Positions 59,293-64,000 of a stretch of 64,000 nt of DNA are shown one piece after another. Within the stretch, counting starts at the first letter, position 1, and each line of letters starts with the position of its first letter. The stretch covers positions 7,904,001 to 7,968,000 of the forward strand of contig JASGJH010000001.1 of the NCBI GenBank assembly GCA_047601445.1. Reading direction: 5' to 3'. Below the pieces are notes generated by a model. That model did not search any database. It worked only from the letters and a program-made list of their open reading frames with translations, and was not told the origin of the DNA. The stretch comes from Myxococcales bacterium (GTDB taxonomy: Bacteria > Myxococcota_A > Polyangia > Polyangiales > DASUME01). Both the position numbers and the translations under genes were made by a program.

Positions 59293-60225
59293 ATGCGAGT
59301 GTTGGTGAGCGGAGCGGACGGATTCTCCGGAACGCACCTGGTGCGCGGTCTCGTTGCGGCAGGCCACGAGGTGATCGGTGCGGTCTTCGGTCGCGCGCCC
59401 GAAGGCTCGGAGATTCGGCTGGATCTGCGACGGCGCGAGCAGCTCGATGCGCTCACGCTCGAGGTGGACGCGGTGGTTCACGCGGCCGGCGTGGTGGAGC
59501 CATCGGCGGGCGCGCGGGCGATGCTCGAGGTCAACATGGCCGGTACCGCGAACCTGGTGCAGTGGGCACGCACGCACTCGGTACGCCATTTCGTACATGT
59601 CAGCTCGGTGGCCGTTTACGGGCCCCTGCTCCTGGGCGAGGACCGTGACGAGCAGACCCCGCGGCTCGGGGTATTGGGCGGGCTGGCGTACATGCGCAGC
59701 AAGGCGTGGGCCGAGGTCCGCGTGGAGCAGTCGGGCGTGCCCTACACGTTGCTGCGCCCGCCGGCCATCGTCGGCGCGGGCGACACCGTGATTTCGCGAG
59801 GCTTCGTGGAAGCGCTCGAGGGGGGGAGCGGCATCCCCATGGTGTCGGGGGCGCGGCCGGAGCGGCGCGTTTCGGTGGCGTTCGCGGCCGGGTTGGTCGA
59901 GGTGGTCCTGCGTGCCCTCGCGCGAGGCCCCCTCTGGGGGGCGGTCCACGTCGTCGACGCCGAGCTCTCCCTGGGTGAGCTGGCGCAGGTTTATGCGGCC
60001 GCGCTCGGTCGAACGTGCACTTTTGCCCCAACTAGCTGGCCGGATGTTCTGCGGCGACGGGCCGATCCTGGCTTTCAATGGTTGGCCGCAAGTGCCCGTT
60101 TTGGCCAGCATTACAGCCAAACGAAGCTGCTTCGAGAGCTAGGCTACCGATCCGCGATCAGCTTAGAAAACGCCGTTGCGGCCGGTATTTCCGGTTTGCA
60201 AGCCCATTCTCGGGGCTTATTCTAG
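59293..60225 (+). CDS. NAD-dependent epimerase/dehydratase (extended SDR)
   Basis: MRVLVSGADGFSG, VVHAAG, HVSSVAVYG, YMRSK, LRP. Confidence 0.9.
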   Translation: MRVLVSGADGFSGTHLVRGLVAAGHEVIGAVFGRAPEGSEIRLDLRRREQLDALTLEVDAVVHAAGVVEPSAGARAMLEVNMAGTANLVQWARTHSVRHFVHVSSVAVYGPLLLGEDRDEQTPRLGVLGGLAYMRSKAWAEVRVEQSGVPYTLLRPPAIVGAGDTVISRGFVEALEGGSGIPMVSGARPERRVSVAFAAGLVEVVLRALARGPLWGAVHVVDAELSLGELAQVYAAALGRTCTFAPTSWPDVLRRRADPGFQWLAASARFGQHYSQTKLLRELGYRSAISLENAVAAGISGLQAHSRGLF

Positions 60226-60466
60226 CCGTGTTCACGTTTCGTTTGTCACGGACCCATGCTCTCTCTGTTTGCTCTTGAGCGGTGTTCTGCCGCCGGTTCG
60301 ACTTCGAGATCTCGGTACTCAGCAACGCGACGCGTGGATGCGACGGGACCGCTAGGACACTCACGTACAAACGCTCGTCGCGCGCCTCTCGGGCAGGGCT
60401 CCGGTTCGAAGGGTGGATTTGGGATTGGGCACGAAGGTGCCAGGGAGCTGGAAGAGATAGAGCAAC

Positions 60467-61099
<633 letters not shown>

Positions 61100-61107
61100 T
61101 TTCTTTT

Positions 61108-61137
61108 GACACGGGGAGGTCACGCGACCTCCCTGTC
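61108..61137. terminator. Stem-loop downstream of the RRM gene (possible terminator, no U-tail)
   Basis: GGGAGGTC-ACGC-GACCTCCC. Confidence 0.4.
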
Positions 61138-61311
61138 CGTCGCGGTAAAGCCGCGCCGGGACCCACCCATCCGCGAGGTTCGCTTCGCTCACGGGTGCAT
61201 GCACGTGGATCTAGAACCGGGCACCGAGGCGCGTCCTTTCGTAGGACCGGCGGTGCCTTTTCGCGTTCTGGGCGCGGGCTCTCAGCCCGGATGGGACGAC
61301 GCGCGCGCTTC

Positions 61312-62259
61312 CTACTCGTGCATGCCGCGCAGCCGCGTCAGGTCTTCGGCCGGTAGATAGGGGAAAGCCCCGACGTCGATCGATGCATCCACGTGGCCCG
61401 GGGTTCGCGCCCCGATCACCAGCGAGGAAACCACATCATGGGCCAGCACGAAGCGCTGGGCGCCCTGGGCCATGGTCAGCACTGGGCCGTGCTGCAGGAA
61501 ACGCCGCTCGCCGAGCTGCTCTAGCCGTTCGATCAGGGCCTCGGAGCTCCAGCGCTGGGCCCGATGGTCGTCGGGGGCAAAGCGCTTGCGCCCCAACCAG
61601 CGCCCGGCCAGCAGGCCGTGGTTAAGCCCCGACCGCGCCAGGAGCCCGACGCGCCGTGCGCGTAGGTCGGCCTCCAGGTCCCACACCAGTCGCGGGGCCA
61701 ACAGATGAAACGGCAAGCACAGCACCTGAGCGCCAGCGTCCAGGGCCGCCTGCGCATCATCGAGCCGCGCCACCGAGGCTCCCCAGGCCCGGATCTTTCC
61801 CTCGCGCACCAGCGCCTCGGCCAGATCCTGGGTCTCCTGCTTGCGCAGGTCCGCTTCGCTCGGGTTGTGCAGCAGCCAGATGTCGATGCGATCGGTGGCG
61901 AGCCGCTGCAGGGAAGCCTCGCAGCTCGAGCGCAGCGCCTGCGGGCTGAAGTCCGTGAGCCAGCCATGCTCGCTCGCGAGCTGCCCGGCACGGGTGATGT
62001 ACACCACCTGGTCGCGCAGACCCGCCGCCCCGACCGCCGCCGCCACCGCGCGTTCGCTCTGACCGTCCTCGCCCCAGCAGGGCGCCATGTCGAAGCTGCG
62101 GATGCCATGGGTCAGGGCGGCCTCGAGCGTGCGCGTCTGCTGCTCGGGGAAGGTGTGGCCGTAAGCGTTGGTGAACAGGCCCCAGGTGCCCTGGGTGAGC
62201 TCCGTGAGCGTGATGCCCGTGTTGCCGACGGCGCGGGATTTCACAGGTTCGGTCGTCAT
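61312..62259 (-). CDS. Aldo/keto reductase
   Basis: GTWG, SCEASLQRLATDRIDIWLLHNP, EGKIRAWGAS, GLLAGR, IGARTP. Confidence 0.88.
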   Translation of the reverse strand: MTTEPVKSRAVGNTGITLTELTQGTWGLFTNAYGHTFPEQQTRTLEAALTHGIRSFDMAPCWGEDGQSERAVAAAVGAAGLRDQVVYITRAGQLASEHGWLTDFSPQALRSSCEASLQRLATDRIDIWLLHNPSEADLRKQETQDLAEALVREGKIRAWGASVARLDDAQAALDAGAQVLCLPFHLLAPRLVWDLEADLRARRVGLLARSGLNHGLLAGRWLGRKRFAPDDHRAQRWSSEALIERLEQLGERRFLQHGPVLTMAQGAQRFVLAHDVVSSLVIGARTPGHVDASIDVGAFPYLPAEDLTRLRGMHE

Positions 62260-62263
62260 GGGC

Positions 62264-63637
62264 TCAGCCGAGTTGCACCAGAATCATGCGGGAGATGCTG
62301 AAGTACACGAGCAAGCCCAGCACGTCGACCAGAGAGGCGATGAAAGGCGTGCTCGAGACCGCCGGGTCGAACCCGATGCGCTTGATGCCGAGCGGGAGGA
62401 GCGAGCCCACCAGGGTGCCGACGGTGACCACCGCGAGCACGCTGATGGACACCGAGGCCGCCATGTGAAAGGCGTTTTCCTTCTGCAGCAGCAAGGCTCG
62501 CAAGAAGCCCACCATGCCGAGCACCATGCCGAGCACGAGGCCGATGCCCGCCTCGCGCACCAGAATCTTCGTCCAGTCGGCCGGTACTACCTCGCCCACC
62601 GCCAGGGCGCGAATGATGAGAGATGAGGACTGCGACCCCGAGTTGCCGCCCGACGAGATGATCAGCGGGATAAAGATGACCAGGTCCACGACGGCGGCCA
62701 TGTCCTGCTCGTAGCCGTGCATCACCGAGGCCGTGAGGAGCTCACCCGCGAACAGCACGATGAGCCATGGCGCACGTTTGGCGATGAAGGTCCAAAAGCC
62801 CGTGGCGAAGTAGGTGTCCTCGATGGGCTGCACCGCGCCCATCATCTGCACGTCTTCGGTGGCCTCCTCGACGACCACGTCGATGACGTCGTCCATGGTG
62901 ACCAGACCGAGCATGCGACCCTGGTCGTCCACCACGGGGAGCGCCGCGAAGGAGTACTTCTGGAACGTCTGCGCGACCTCTTCCTGGTCGGCCTGGGGCC
63001 GCACCGAGATCACGTTCTGCTCCATCATGTCTTCGACGGCCACGCCGGGGTCGCTGAGGATGAGCTCGCGCAGCGAGACCACGCCCACCAACCTGCCGCC
63101 GAAGGCCACCACGTACGCGTAGTAGACGGTCTCCGCCTTGTCTTGGCGGCTGTAGTGGCGCACCGCCTCGATGGCCTGCCAAATCTTCATGGCCGGAGCG
63201 AGCGTGATGTACTCGGTGGTCATCAGACCACCGGCCGAGTCCTCTGGGTAGCTCGAGAGCTCGCGTAGATCCTCGGCGATCTCGGGCTCGGTCTCCTCGA
63301 TGTGCGAGAGGATCATCTCGGCGATCGGAGACGGCAGCTCCTGGATGGCGTCGGCGCGGTCGTCGGGCGCCATCTCGGTGAGCACCTCGGCCGCGTTCTC
63401 CGCGCCGAGGCGCTCGAGGATGCGCGCGCGCTCGTCCTCGGGCATGTGCGCCAAGACCGCGGCGGCCAGGTCAGGGGGCACCGCGCGAAACAGTGCGATG
63501 GCTTCGTCTTGGGGCAGGTCCTCGAGCAGCTCGGCGATGTCTTCCGAGTGGAATTCATCCAGCGCCTCGCGCAGCTCGTCGGGATCCTGCGCGAGCGTTT
63601 GGGCTAGATCGGGGCCGAGTAATTTCGCCAGACGCAT
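62264..63637 (-). CDS. mgtE: Magnesium transporter MgtE
   Basis: SAGGLMTTEY, CBS pair, KRAPWL, SSGGNSGSQ, DPAVSSTPFIASLVDVLG. Confidence 0.95.
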   Translation of the reverse strand: MRLAKLLGPDLAQTLAQDPDELREALDEFHSEDIAELLEDLPQDEAIALFRAVPPDLAAAVLAHMPEDERARILERLGAENAAEVLTEMAPDDRADAIQELPSPIAEMILSHIEETEPEIAEDLRELSSYPEDSAGGLMTTEYITLAPAMKIWQAIEAVRHYSRQDKAETVYYAYVVAFGGRLVGVVSLRELILSDPGVAVEDMMEQNVISVRPQADQEEVAQTFQKYSFAALPVVDDQGRMLGLVTMDDVIDVVVEEATEDVQMMGAVQPIEDTYFATGFWTFIAKRAPWLIVLFAGELLTASVMHGYEQDMAAVVDLVIFIPLIISSGGNSGSQSSSLIIRALAVGEVVPADWTKILVREAGIGLVLGMVLGMVGFLRALLLQKENAFHMAASVSISVLAVVTVGTLVGSLLPLGIKRIGFDPAVSSTPFIASLVDVLGLLVYFSISRMILVQLG

Positions 63638-63777
63638 CGCGCTGCTAGTGTGCCGCAGCTCCAGGAAAACGCCCACTAACGCGAGGCGACCTGACACGCG
63701 TGCAGCCCTGCGCTCGAGGTTGGGCTCCCCTCGCCATCCGCTGCCTGACCCTAACGCCGTTCAGGGGCGGTTCCGGG

Positions 63778-64000
63778 TCAGCGGGCCATCAGCTTCGCGA
63801 GCAGCTGCTCCGCCAAGTCCGCCACCTCCGCAGTATCGAGGGCGGGCCGGTTCGCGCGCACGTAGGGCTCGATGGCGTGGTCGGGCAGGCCGTCGAGGAA
63901 GCGCGAGGGCACGGCCGGGGTGACCTGACCGCGCAACATACGGCGCTTGAAGTGCGAGATGTACAGGCGATCGCGGGCCCGCGTGACGCCCACGTAGAAC
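63778..64000 (-). CDS. C-terminal fragment of a UvrD/PcrA/Rep-like SF1 helicase (runs off the window end)
   Basis: FYVGVTRARDRLYIS..PSRFL (helicase motif VI). Confidence 0.85.
   Translation of the reverse strand, partial: FYVGVTRARDRLYISHFKRRMLRGQVTPAVPSRFLDGLPDHAIEPYVRANRPALDTAEVADLAEQLLAKLMAR

Noticed and set aside
57541..60225. 859-aa and 807-aa overlapping ORFs
   Set aside because: Each is a real gene (phosphatase from 59226, SDR from 59293) extended by the antisense shadow of the other.

Overview
A GC-rich bacterial chromosomal window with about 52 protein-coding genes. I found no rRNA, tRNA, CRISPR array, transposase or phage gene. The gene content points to Myxococcota, probably a Polyangiales-like myxobacterium (inference): three Hanks-type Ser/Thr kinases, Cys-rich lipoproteins, a TPR/PEGA protein, an ECF sigma/anti-sigma cassette and a Pal with Cys-rich repeats. 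Housekeeping genes include ctaB, pal-cpoB, dnaX-ybaB-recR, pyrG, gltA, otsAB, a double-length uvrA, folE, a ppx-like gene, mgtE and the end of a UvrD-like helicase. Main points of interest: (1) two dispersed type III/flagellar export parts, a FliM/SctQ-like gene and an FlhA/SctV gene coupled to recR and followed by an acidic disordered protein with a MinD-like membrane-targeting tail; (2) a trehalose-6-phosphate synthase with a membrane-anchored sensor-like N-terminus and a candidate MarR operator; (3) a TerB-like domain fused to a eukaryote-like PPP phosphatase; (4) a minimal RlmN-like radical SAM enzyme; (5) repeated leaderless-type promoter layouts, two REP/MITE-like hairpins, a 30-bp VNTR in a signal peptide and a candidate structured RNA. 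Three reading-frame lesions (153-155, ~3404, ~10152) may be sequencing errors, and one of them creates the apparent RecR-FlhA fusion. All calls come from motif reading; no database searches were run.
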